A DNA stretch of 49,273 bases from Methanobacteriota archaeon (GTDB taxonomy: Archaea > Thermoplasmatota > Poseidoniia > Poseidoniales > Poseidoniaceae): NCBI GenBank assembly GCA_004195515.1, contig PSPR01000005.1, forward strand, positions 1 to 49,273. Direction: 5' to 3'. The translations under genes and the position numbers were made by a program. Shown here one piece after another: positions 38,799 through 48,606 of this stretch. Each line of letters starts with the position of its first letter. Positions within the stretch are counted from its first letter, which is position 1. Under the pieces are notes generated by a model, which saw only the letters and a list, made by a program, of their open reading frames with translations, did not search any database and had not been told where the DNA came from.

Positions 38799-40097
38799 AT
38801 GGGTTCACAATGGGAAGACAAGACAAAGCCACACCGAAATATCGTCTTTATTGGACACGTTGACCACGGAAAGTCGACTACTGTTGGTCGCCTTCTTTTG
38901 GACAGCGGTCATATTGAAGGTCACGTTGTCGAAAAGAATGAAAAGTTAGCAGCAGAAGCTGGTAAGGCTGGTTTCGGTCTTGCGTACGTCATGGACGGCC
39001 TAAAAGAAGAGCGAGAGCGCGGTATCACAATCGACGTCGCACACAAAGAGTTCTACACACCAAAGTACTACTGGACCATCATCGATGCTCCAGGACACCG
39101 TGATTTCGTCAAGAATATGATCACTGGTGCTTCTCAAGCGGATACCGCAGTTCTACTGTGCGCTGCTAACGACGGTGTTAACGCCCAGACCAAAGAGCAC
39201 GCTTTCCTAGCAAAGGTGCTTGGTGTTGCTGAGCTTATCGTCCACGTCAACAAGATGGACATCTCCGGTGTCGATTGGTCAGAAGACAAGTACACCGAAG
39301 CATGCTCCCAAGTTACTCAACTACTGAAGATGGCAGGATTCGGAGGCCAACTAGACCGAATCCCAATGATTCCAGCATCCAGTCTTAACGGCGATAACGT
39401 CTTTGAGAAGTCCGACAAGACTCCATGGTACAATGGACCAACGTTATTCGATGCTATCGATGCAGCAACAATGCCAAACAAGCCAGTCGATAAGCCACTT
39501 CGCCTACCAATTCAAGATGTCTATAAGATCTCTGGAATCGGCACAGTCCCAGTCGGAAAGATTGAGACCGGAACTCTGAACGTTGGAAAGACAGTAGTCT
39601 TCAACCCGTCCCAGAAGTCCGCTGAGGTCAAGAGCATCGAGATGCACCACACAATGGTACCTAAGGCAGAGCCAGGGGACAACGTTGGTTTCAACGTCCG
39701 TGGTCTAGCCGCAGTCGACATCCGCCGAGGTGACGTTGCAGGTTATACCGACACCGCACCAACCTTTGTCCGTCACGACGAACACTTCGTTGGACAAATT
39801 CAGCTCATGGATATTCCAAAGGCTGTATCCATCGGATACACCCCGGTATTCCACTGCCACACCGCTCAGGTCGCAGTTCGTTTCCACGAACTTCTAGAGA
39901 AGACCAACAAGGCAGGAAAGGAAGCTAACCCTTCGTTCCTAAAGACCGGTGATGCATGTTTAATCCGCTTCGCACCTACCAAGCCAATGGCTATCGAACC
40001 AATGGACAAATTCCCAGAATTGTCTCGCTTCGCTATCCGCGACATGGGTAAGACCGTCGCAGCAGGCGTTTGCCTGAAGATCGAGAAAAAGGCTTGA
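38799..40097 (+). CDS. tuf: Translation elongation factor EF-1alpha
   Basis: GHVDHGKST, ERERGITID, DAPGHRDF, NKMD, RFAIRDMG. Confidence 0.98.
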   Translation: MGSQWEDKTKPHRNIVFIGHVDHGKSTTVGRLLLDSGHIEGHVVEKNEKLAAEAGKAGFGLAYVMDGLKEERERGITIDVAHKEFYTPKYYWTIIDAPGHRDFVKNMITGASQADTAVLLCAANDGVNAQTKEHAFLAKVLGVAELIVHVNKMDISGVDWSEDKYTEACSQVTQLLKMAGFGGQLDRIPMIPASSLNGDNVFEKSDKTPWYNGPTLFDAIDAATMPNKPVDKPLRLPIQDVYKISGIGTVPVGKIETGTLNVGKTVVFNPSQKSAEVKSIEMHHTMVPKAEPGDNVGFNVRGLAAVDIRRGDVAGYTDTAPTFVRHDEHFVGQIQLMDIPKAVSIGYTPVFHCHTAQVAVRFHELLEKTNKAGKEANPSFLKTGDACLIRFAPTKPMAIEPMDKFPELSRFAIRDMGKTVAAGVCLKIEKKA

Positions 40098-40140
40098 GCA
40101 CCAACCGGATTACGATCCAAAAGGAATAGAGGTGAATATC

Positions 40141-40470
40141 ATGGCAGCAGTGACCATCATCAAGCTAACAGGCGAGAACCATCGTGACATCGACGCAGTC
40201 GCATCCCAAATCAAAATGATTTGTGATAATGGCGGCATCAGTCTACGAGGCCCGATCCCACTACCAACCCGTCGTCTTGTGGTACCAGTCCGCAAGGCTC
40301 CAGATGGCGAAGGCAGTGAAACTTACGATCACTGGGAAATGCGTATCCACAAGCGATTGCTTGAGATGGACATTACCAGCGGAAAGGACGAGAGTGCTCT
40401 GCGACAAGTCGCACGCATTCCAATCCCTGATACTGTAAGCATTGAACTTTCAATGCGCTCGGTACAATAG
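40141..40470 (+). CDS. rpsJ: 30S ribosomal protein S10
   Basis: GPIPLPTRRL, DGEGSET, WEMRIHKRL; follows EF-1alpha. Confidence 0.97.
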   Translation: MAAVTIIKLTGENHRDIDAVASQIKMICDNGGISLRGPIPLPTRRLVVPVRKAPDGEGSETYDHWEMRIHKRLLEMDITSGKDESALRQVARIPIPDTVSIELSMRSVQ

Positions 40471-40495
40471 ATTCTATTTCACAATTGAATCGGTT

Positions 40496-41494
40496 TCACA
40501 ATGTGGCTTTCTCAGCCACACCTGCATCGACTAACCAGTCGGCAGTTCCTTGATCAAGGAAATGAATATCACCTGCTTCAAGTGATATTTCCCCGTCAAT
40601 AGTCATTATTGGTTCGTCCATAGATTGTAATACTCTGATTCTGATCATCGAATCTTCTTCAAATTGAGGTTCTTTTTCGATTTCACCTTGGGTTGGTGAA
40701 CCGGCCTCTGCCGCAGCCCAAGCGTTGAAATCGATACTTTCCTTCTTTTTTGCAGGAGCGAGTTCAGTTGCAGCTGCATGGGTTTGACCAATCACACTAG
40801 GTTCTGCAATCTTTACTAGTGTCGGTTCCATTCCCTCCAATTCTGGATACGCATCTTGCATTGCAAGAATATCCTCCTCATCTGTTTCAATCTCTTGTAA
40901 CGGCGATGAGTCATCTTCCAATGCGATCGTGGGCGGACCTTGGCCGGTTAAACCGCCAGGTTGCTCAATAAATGTGTCGAGTTGCATTGTACCTGCTGCT
41001 AATGGAGATTGAGCGGCTGTACCCTCGGATGCCAAGCCATGTTGCATTCCATTCCAATTAACCGATAATTTGAATCGATCAATATTTTGGACCACGCTCG
41101 AATAAAATTCTCTTTCTGCCGGGTCGTGGCGGCCCCAATCGAGTGCGGGCAAATCTTGCTTGTGGTTTTGAATACCACCCTCGGAGCGTAAACTCACGCT
41201 CGAAGCGTGCTGTTGAAACGAAACCAATCTTTTTCTAGCCAACTCAGAAGAGGTTCGGCGGATATTGGCTTGACGCTTCTGTAAATTTTGCAATCGCAAG
41301 TCCGGGCCTCGAGTTCGATAGATTTCATGAATTTGCATTTCGATTGTATCGAGGAGTTGGCCGACCTTTTCCCAAAAGTCGCGCCGAGGCAAAACTATTG
41401 GCACATGTCTGCCGGTTTGTTGACGCAGTGTGGCGAAAAGTTGCTCTTCAACCTCTCGGGCTTGAACGTCATCCAATAGCGGCCGCTCTACCAT
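40496..41494 (-). CDS. GINS complex subunit (Gins15/51-like) with long acidic linker
   Basis: Helical N-terminal domain; C-terminal IRIRVL...DGEISLEAGDIHFL...A..LV..G.AE matches the GINS B-domain pattern. Confidence 0.65.
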   Translation of the reverse strand: MVERPLLDDVQAREVEEQLFATLRQQTGRHVPIVLPRRDFWEKVGQLLDTIEMQIHEIYRTRGPDLRLQNLQKRQANIRRTSSELARKRLVSFQQHASSVSLRSEGGIQNHKQDLPALDWGRHDPAEREFYSSVVQNIDRFKLSVNWNGMQHGLASEGTAAQSPLAAGTMQLDTFIEQPGGLTGQGPPTIALEDDSSPLQEIETDEEDILAMQDAYPELEGMEPTLVKIAEPSVIGQTHAAATELAPAKKKESIDFNAWAAAEAGSPTQGEIEKEPQFEEDSMIRIRVLQSMDEPIMTIDGEISLEAGDIHFLDQGTADWLVDAGVAEKATL

Positions 41495-41579
41495 GGTTCG
41501 GCTGCTGTAGTTGCCCATCTATCAACCCTTCAGCCGGTCTACTTGAACCAAGTAGTGCAACAATTCAAACCCATAGACC

Positions 41580-44500
41580 TTGGGTCCACCGGTGGTGGAC
41601 CCATTGAGACAAGCACTCATCCTCGCGATTTTGCTCTTGGCCACACCGTGGGCATCAGCAGATTTCGCAGTTTGGGAAGGGCCGGAAACCTCGCCGGATG
41701 ATGCAAGCCTCTCACCATCAACTTCAACTTATGATGGCTTTAGAATTCCATCCAATGCAACGATTACCGGTGCGACATTTGAAGTCGCACCAGAATGGGT
41801 GGAGGCAGAGGATAACGGCACATATTGGGCAAAAGATTCACCGGGAGGGTTTTCGGCCGGTACATCGAATGGCACCTCTTATCTTTCCCACGGTGGCGAT
41901 CTCACTCTTGAAGCTCAATCGATATATGGGAGGATGACCGATTTTGAATCACAATCCCCACAATTTAGTTCGTGGTCGGTTCACGGTGATTTGATTTGGA
42001 TTCCAGTCAATCTTAGTGTTGAGACCTTTGGCCCGACCAATGCGAGTTCAGGTCATTATGCTGCAGGCACAAATGGTTCGGTCCCGCCTGATACTCGATC
42101 AAAATTGCGTTCTCAATTCTGGAACCCTCCAGCGGTCATCCGCAACATGTCGGTTTCTTTCGACCGCTGGTTCTTACTCAACCCATATGATTTAGCAACT
42201 TTTGAAGCCTCCTTTGATTCTGGCCAATCCTGGACTGAACTGGATAACTGGTCAGGCCAAGAAGAAAACTGGACTAGAGAAGAATACCCCTTAGACGCTT
42301 ATTCTGTTAGCTCACAAATCGGCTTTAGGTTCACGATTTCGACAGCGCAAAACTCAACCACAACCGAAGGTCTATTCATCGATAATTTCGAATTTTCAAA
42401 TCAGGGTGAGCCGATCAGCGCCTGGTTCCACGGTAATGCAAGTGGAGAATATTCTGCGAACGCTGACGGCTCGTTAATCATTCCACTAGACCTTGGTGGC
42501 CTAAATGGCCCAATCGAATTCGTATACTGGTCGTGGTGGGATATCGAAGCCGATTATAACGATAATTTAGTGATGATGATCTCGGTTGATAATGGTTCAA
42601 CTTGGACGATAATGTCGCCACTACCCGGCGTGCCTGGACTAGGAGTTCCAAGCGGGAGCGGGACCCTTACCCAACAATCCTATGACTGGGTCGAGATCAT
42701 GCATCCACTACCTTCGAATGTGATAGGCCATAGCAATGCTAGCCAAACACTCCTCAAGCTTAGGGTAACTACCGACGGCATCAAAAATAACGGCGGAAGT
42801 GCAATCGAAGGCTGGGAAGGAATCATCGTCGACGATTTAGCATTGAGGATGCCGGGTGGCGATATTGCTCTCAATAATTTCACCGATGTTAGCACTCAAT
42901 ATCTTGAAAATGTAAGTGGTTATCCAAACGATTGGCAACATATAACCTGGGAAGGACATAATGGGCCATGGTCGACAACAGAATCATTTGAATCGAACCA
43001 AATGCTCCCTGCAGGTTGGAGAATAGATCACAAGCGCGGTAATACTCCTTGGGAGGCTGGTGCGATCAATAATTCCAATAATCGAGGACCTTATTCTTCT
43101 GGGTGGCCGAGTGGACAAAATGGAGTTGGGATAAATCTCGATGGAAATTATGCTCATAGCACCCTTACCCATTTGATCTCTCCAAATTATCACTTACCGA
43201 TTGGAGCGACCGCTCGCCTCTCATTCCAACATTGGATTTGCACCGAGGCCGCGTGGGATGGTGGTGCGGTTTTCACCTCGATTGACGATGGGATTTCATG
43301 GCAATATTTTGGTGAAAACCAAAGTGGATTCTATGAAAGAATCAGCCAAGTAAATTCAAATTCACCGCTATTTGGACATGAGATATTCGATGGTTCAACC
43401 GTGGTCAATGGTTGTGGTAATAACAACAGTGCCCATACTTTTTCAAGTAACTCCGCTGATATTTCATTCCTAGCAGGAAATGATGTAAGGATTAGATTTA
43501 CCTTTTTCTCAGATGCATATGTGAGCGAGTCCGGTTGGTACATCGATGATGCAGGGATTGAGATCGACCGATTTGTCTCTAATGGGACTTGGCTTTCTCC
43601 AATAATAGATGTTGATGAGGCTGGGTGGGCGCGCCTTGCTTCATTATTCCACACCCCGAATGAAACCGGCATCAGTATAGATATTTTAGACCAATACGGG
43701 GCTGAGATTCCAGATAAACAGAATCTGAGTTTGCCATTCACGATTGGAATTGGGGCGTGGGAACATACCAAATTACAATTTAGAGTGAATATGTGGAGCC
43801 AAAATGAAAGCATTACTCCCCGAATAGAAATTCTGCATCATGGCATTACTGAATATATCAACCAGTATCATCCGCTAATAATAGAATCTGAGTCGGAAAA
43901 TCCAGAATTAATTATCGGAGCTAATGGCAGTGTAAATTTGGTGAACACAAGTGGTGGTAGCACTTTCTTTGAGTTCCCAATAATTCCATGGCGGCCGTTT
44001 GAATCAGCACGAATTTCGTGCGATGGAGAGATGGATTTAGAATTATGGAATCTGTATAAATATCTCGAAGGAGGCGGCCAATCCCAAGGAGGGCAGCCAC
44101 AACAACAACAAGTCTCTGCAGGTTGTAATGTTGGCGAAATAAATTTTAACGAAGTAGTGGGGGTTAGCATAATCAATCCGAGGTTGAATGATGGGTGGTT
44201 CAATTGGCTGAAGTTCGAACCAGTAACCCTAAGGGCACCAAAAAATGTTTCAATAAATTTTGGAAATAACAATCATTCAGAATTCATTATTCCAAATTTA
44301 TATGCCCATACAACTCAAATTACTAAATTAATAACCGATGGAGAAGAAACTAATTTCTCCGATCCCAGAGGATTTGAGGTAGATTATAATTCTAGTTTCA
44401 GTTTCTCGACCACAGTATTGGACGACCACGATATATCCAATCAATATCATTGGGTTACAAATCAGTCAAGTTGTGCAATGATCGTTTCCCCTTACGAAGG

Positions 44501-47500
44501 ATGCATTTCCGGGTCCATTACCGAGAAATATCAAGAAGAAATTAACGGGACACTATATCGTTGGATGAATATCACCTGGTCGCAAACCAATCTTACCCCC
44601 GGGACTCTAAAATTGATCGCAATCTCTGCAGTTGCAGATCAACCTTTCGAATTCGCTCTCGCACCTTCTGCTTTAACACCATTAATGGTTGACCAAGGCG
44701 ACGGGACATCAATCCTCCCTGTCAACATAACCGTGCTGCGCGGCGGGGTAATTTTCGATGGAATAATCGACTATGAAGTTTCAATTTTCGATAAATGGCA
44801 AAGTATGCCCGAACAAACGCTTTATCCGGGAAATTCTGTCCAAGCTAAGTCCAATCACTCGATATTAAACGGGACCTCTCCACTCGAATCTGTTGAATTA
44901 ATCATCTCCTCTTCAAGAAATGCTTCCGATGCTTTAGCATCGTTTGCAGTAGACAATCTCGACATCGGCGGTCGCTTCATTCAGCATAGCGGTGGCGGTT
45001 TGATTTCAATCAATGCAAGTTTGAGCTCTTGGGATGGTGAAAACGCGACCTGGGGTTTGAACTCCCATTGGCTACTCGATGATTATCCGCGCTTATACTG
45101 GCTGGTTAGCGCCAAGAATGAACTTGGAATCACATTGGGCCCAGCGGTAGGCATGACCGGTTCTGGCGGTTATGCTGCGAGCACAAACGATCTAGAAATT
45201 GTCGGTTTTAGCGCTTCGACCAGCAATTATGATTTGGGGGATTTCGCAGATCCACTTTGGCCGTTCCACCTCCAAGGTGGAACCAACATTACAGTCGATG
45301 GACAGGTTAGATTCTCTGGTTTACAAGGGATCGTGCCATTACCTGAAGATGTAGAGATCGAATTGGAAATATTCGATGAAAATCAATCCTATCAAACCTT
45401 GAGTGTTGTCTTGGATTCAGATGGTACCTTCTCAACCTCGTTTTTCAGCCCGGGTGCACAACTCAATAGTGGCGATACATTCACCGTCATTCCTTCGTTG
45501 AATAGAGTAGGGCCTCAAGGGATTGTCACAGCTGTAGATGTAACTGCAGATTATCAAAAAATCACCTATCTCTTGGATAGTGTGAACGCCGAAGTTATTT
45601 CTTTACACGTGGTCGCTCCAGGCGGAATTCAGCCCGCTGATGGCCATGTATGGTTCCATGGCCAAGACTTACCTCTTAGATTGGGAATTTCAGATGATAA
45701 TGGCTTACCTGCAACTATGGTAATGCATTATAGCCGCTCGGGTCGAGATTGGGAAGAGATGACTTTCACGACCCCGATCGGTTTATCTTCCGCCGAGATA
45801 GATCTACCGCTCATCGATGAATATTCCATTCCGCTTAATTCACAATTGAACGGCTATCTAGATGTTTATTTTACCGGCACTGATTTAGCAGGGAATCCGA
45901 TGATAGGTGGCGGCAATGAATCAATTCCATTAGCGAGAGTCCTCATTCAGGACCGTTACTCAACCTATGCCGAAGGCGAAGATTTAGGCTTGGATTTAGT
46001 CGATGGATATCTGTTGCCAGGAAATACTCATAAATTCGAATTTTCAATTACCGATAATAATGGAATCGAATCTCTAGATCTGATCAAATTCGGTTTACAA
46101 CAAGAAGGTTGTACAATCCAATGGTATCCATGGAGTGGAGAAGTTATCAACGATGTTTCATGTTTTATCAGACCTCCTCGAATCAACTATACCCAAGTTG
46201 GGGAATCAGGTCTTTATTTCGTCAATATTCAATTTGAATTGAGGTGGGACCTCGAGGAGGATTTACCATCTTCAACTCTGACTCCTTGGTTACATATCTA
46301 TGATGAAAACGCTAGAACCGGAGCCGGATATAACTCGATGACTCCGTTAAATTGGCAATTCCATTCAGGTGTCGATTTCGTCATTGAATCGGCAGAGGAT
46401 TTGATTGCACCAAAAGGAGAATTAATCGACGATATTATCTATGTCCATGACCAAGATTTGGTTGATTTTGAGTTGATTGCATACCATGCAGGTACCGATA
46501 TTCCTGCACACAATTTACCATTCAACACCAATGCATTACTTCGAATGGATGGCAATACAAATCATACCGATTTGGAAAATAGCATGAATTCGGACGGAAC
46601 TTCGACCATTAGGGTAATGGTCGATCAATCATATCTTGGAAAACAGATCTATGTGCTGGTTAGTTTATCTGAACTAAGGGGACATAACTTAAGCAGCGAT
46701 TCGGCCACTATCGTCATCGATGATAGTGAACCTACTCTGAGTATTACCGATGGCTATTTGGTCGAAATAAGAACCGATTCATTGGCTGATATCCCGGTCG
46801 AGTTAACCGTTTATGATTTGGAATCATCAAGCAACTCTGAAGTGAATATGTATTGGCAATTTATTCGCTCTGGCAGAATCATTTCTGGAACTGAAGGTAG
46901 CGCCTCGGTCCCTGCGCTGTTCAGCGATTCTCAGTCTACGATTCATTCAACAAATATCGATATGAGCGCAGCATCTCCATTCCTCGAGAAAGGTGATTCA
47001 ATTCTCGTTTGGTTCGAAGGAGAGGATTCATCGGGCCGAACGATTATCGGTGAAGGGGCTAGTCAATCCAGCCCAATTATGCCATTTTTGCGATGGATTG
47101 CATATGAGCCTGAATTAGGCGAGATCATTACTACGCCTTATCGGCCAGAACTCGGCGATATGATCCAAATCCATCTGACAATTTTCAACCCAGGATTTGA
47201 ATCGGGACATTCATATTTGACCCTAAGAGATGGGACTGGTAAAATGCTTGACAAGGTCAACCTCTCGGTGGGTATCGGACAAAGGGTCCCTTATTCATTC
47301 GAGATCGAAGCTTGGACTGTGGGTGACCTTGGCTTAACGGTTCAAATCGATGAACAATCACCCGTCCCGGTACCATTGGCTCAAGTTGTTGAGCCGATAG
47401 ACGAGAACGCAGCATCACAATCAACAATGGTCTCACTCGGCTTTTTCAGCATTGCAATCGCCGGCTTTGCTCTCTTCCTTTCCTACCACAATAAGCGTAG

Positions 47501-47531
47501 CGACCGGCTTGTTGACGATGAGGAAGAATGA
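41580..47531 (+). CDS. Giant (about 1980 aa) cell-surface glycoprotein, membrane anchored
   Basis: Signal peptide (start probably GTG 41592/41595), three jelly-roll repeats (S.D.G.SW...FRF...G..IDD), many NxS/T sequons, CARDB-like end, C-terminal TM. Confidence 0.85.
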   Translation: MGPPVVDPLRQALILAILLLATPWASADFAVWEGPETSPDDASLSPSTSTYDGFRIPSNATITGATFEVAPEWVEAEDNGTYWAKDSPGGFSAGTSNGTSYLSHGGDLTLEAQSIYGRMTDFESQSPQFSSWSVHGDLIWIPVNLSVETFGPTNASSGHYAAGTNGSVPPDTRSKLRSQFWNPPAVIRNMSVSFDRWFLLNPYDLATFEASFDSGQSWTELDNWSGQEENWTREEYPLDAYSVSSQIGFRFTISTAQNSTTTEGLFIDNFEFSNQGEPISAWFHGNASGEYSANADGSLIIPLDLGGLNGPIEFVYWSWWDIEADYNDNLVMMISVDNGSTWTIMSPLPGVPGLGVPSGSGTLTQQSYDWVEIMHPLPSNVIGHSNASQTLLKLRVTTDGIKNNGGSAIEGWEGIIVDDLALRMPGGDIALNNFTDVSTQYLENVSGYPNDWQHITWEGHNGPWSTTESFESNQMLPAGWRIDHKRGNTPWEAGAINNSNNRGPYSSGWPSGQNGVGINLDGNYAHSTLTHLISPNYHLPIGATARLSFQHWICTEAAWDGGAVFTSIDDGISWQYFGENQSGFYERISQVNSNSPLFGHEIFDGSTVVNGCGNNNSAHTFSSNSADISFLAGNDVRIRFTFFSDAYVSESGWYIDDAGIEIDRFVSNGTWLSPIIDVDEAGWARLASLFHTPNETGISIDILDQYGAEIPDKQNLSLPFTIGIGAWEHTKLQFRVNMWSQNESITPRIEILHHGITEYINQYHPLIIESESENPELIIGANGSVNLVNTSGGSTFFEFPIIPWRPFESARISCDGEMDLELWNLYKYLEGGGQSQGGQPQQQQVSAGCNVGEINFNEVVGVSIINPRLNDGWFNWLKFEPVTLRAPKNVSINFGNNNHSEFIIPNLYAHTTQITKLITDGEETNFSDPRGFEVDYNSSFSFSTTVLDDHDISNQYHWVTNQSSCAMIVSPYEGCISGSITEKYQEEINGTLYRWMNITWSQTNLTPGTLKLIAISAVADQPFEFALAPSALTPLMVDQGDGTSILPVNITVLRGGVIFDGIIDYEVSIFDKWQSMPEQTLYPGNSVQAKSNHSILNGTSPLESVELIISSSRNASDALASFAVDNLDIGGRFIQHSGGGLISINASLSSWDGENATWGLNSHWLLDDYPRLYWLVSAKNELGITLGPAVGMTGSGGYAASTNDLEIVGFSASTSNYDLGDFADPLWPFHLQGGTNITVDGQVRFSGLQGIVPLPEDVEIELEIFDENQSYQTLSVVLDSDGTFSTSFFSPGAQLNSGDTFTVIPSLNRVGPQGIVTAVDVTADYQKITYLLDSVNAEVISLHVVAPGGIQPADGHVWFHGQDLPLRLGISDDNGLPATMVMHYSRSGRDWEEMTFTTPIGLSSAEIDLPLIDEYSIPLNSQLNGYLDVYFTGTDLAGNPMIGGGNESIPLARVLIQDRYSTYAEGEDLGLDLVDGYLLPGNTHKFEFSITDNNGIESLDLIKFGLQQEGCTIQWYPWSGEVINDVSCFIRPPRINYTQVGESGLYFVNIQFELRWDLEEDLPSSTLTPWLHIYDENARTGAGYNSMTPLNWQFHSGVDFVIESAEDLIAPKGELIDDIIYVHDQDLVDFELIAYHAGTDIPAHNLPFNTNALLRMDGNTNHTDLENSMNSDGTSTIRVMVDQSYLGKQIYVLVSLSELRGHNLSSDSATIVIDDSEPTLSITDGYLVEIRTDSLADIPVELTVYDLESSSNSEVNMYWQFIRSGRIISGTEGSASVPALFSDSQSTIHSTNIDMSAASPFLEKGDSILVWFEGEDSSGRTIIGEGASQSSPIMPFLRWIAYEPELGEIITTPYRPELGDMIQIHLTIFNPGFESGHSYLTLRDGTGKMLDKVNLSVGIGQRVPYSFEIEAWTVGDLGLTVQIDEQSPVPVPLAQVVEPIDENAASQSTMVSLGFFSIAIAGFALFLSYHNKRSDRLVDDEEE

Positions 47532-47560
47532 TGAGCAATGGGTATGAGCCGGGGTGTAGA

Positions 47561-47645
47561 GCCGGAGTACCCGAGTGGTCAAAGGGGGCGCACTCAAGAT
47601 GCGCTGCGAAATGCTTCGTAGGTTCAAATCCTACCTCCGGCACCA
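47561..47645 (+). tRNA. tRNA-Leu (anticodon CAA), CCA encoded
   Basis: Acceptor GCCGGAG/CTCCGGC, GCGCA-CT CAA GA-TGCGC, variable arm, GGTTCAAATCC. Confidence 0.96.
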
Positions 47646-47890
47646 ATATTATTCATAACGAAGAGGTAGGATTTGTACCGGGGCTAGTTGCAGTACGGCC
47701 GTTCTTGCCGTGGTTCAAAATCTACCGGAGGCACCAATTTTGTTCAAATCGAGGAGGTAGGATTTGAACTAGGCAAGAACTGTACAGCAAACTGCAGTAC
47801 GGCCGTTCTTGCCGTGGTTCAAAATCTACCGGAGGCACCAATTTTGTTCAAATCGAGGAGGTAGGATTTGTACCGAGGCTAGCGAAGCAA
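47646..47890 (+). repeat. tRNA-Leu 3' trailer array of hairpin elements
   Basis: Identical 78-bp repeats at 47689-47766 and 47793-47870; three antisense and two sense copies of the tRNA 3' end. Confidence 0.92.
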
Positions 47891-47977
47891 CAGACCGACT
47901 GCATACCCTTCAAACAGATGATTTAGGTCGGATGGGGTAATCGGATAGACCCATTCAACACATCGGATTGGATTGGT

Positions 47978-48487
47978 CTATGCTTCCAACAGGGAGACAT
48001 TTACCCCCGTCTCAATATTTCCTTCTTGAAGAACGCGCGCATACCAACCACGCAGTCCTCTGCTTCTCCGCAACAATTCCTTGATGTTTTTTTTTCCAAT
48101 GGCGGGCAATTGAGATAGGGTCCTGCACGGTTCGCAAATCCTGCTAACTTGTAGAATGACTTCACTACCAACATTCAAAATCATATCAGGTTTGAGGTGA
48201 TTGAAATCGATATCCTTCAACAATATATTCTCTCCAAGATCGCCTGGCTGAAGAGAAAAACCTAGTGCATTCAATTCATCCAATTCAGCTGTTGTGAGCA
48301 ATAAAATTGCCATATCAGGGTCACCTTTCTTCTTCTTGAACCGATATAGATTAGAATCGCCAGGAATACCTATTTTTGTCAATTTGGCGAAATTTACACT
48401 TTGTTTGGGAAGTGAAAATCCAGCAGGTAATCCTTCCATAGGGCCTGAAAAGATACCCTCAACAACGCCCACAATGTGCTCCATCAT
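47978..48487 (-). CDS. MOSC-domain protein (YiiM-like)
   Basis: GIPGD, GDLGENI, LQVS..CEPC, RGWYARVL.EG. Confidence 0.88.
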   Translation of the reverse strand: MMEHIVGVVEGIFSGPMEGLPAGFSLPKQSVNFAKLTKIGIPGDSNLYRFKKKKGDPDMAILLLTTAELDELNALGFSLQPGDLGENILLKDIDFNHLKPDMILNVGSEVILQVSRICEPCRTLSQLPAIGKKNIKELLRRSRGLRGWYARVLQEGNIETGVNVSLLEA

Positions 48488-48520
48488 GAAGGGGGTTGAG
48501 TCTTATTACTTCAAATCTTA

Positions 48521-48593
48521 TTGCATGGGTATTGGATGGGTTCAAGTCCAATCATGGACTACATTTCCACCCATAATTTCAATGCTCATGCAA
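48521..48593 (+). other. Long three-segment stem-loop in an intergenic region
   Basis: 14-bp outer stem (two G-U pairs), ATGGGT/ACCCAT, AGTCCA/TGGACT. Confidence 0.55.
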
Positions 48594-48606
48594 GTGAGGC
48601 AAAGAC

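Noticed and set aside
47433-47767. Short ORFs overlapping tRNA-Leu
   Set aside because: Shadow ORFs of the tRNA and its repeats.
47712-47840. Additional tRNA genes
   Set aside because: Only T-arm/acceptor 3' fragments are present, with no D or anticodon arms.
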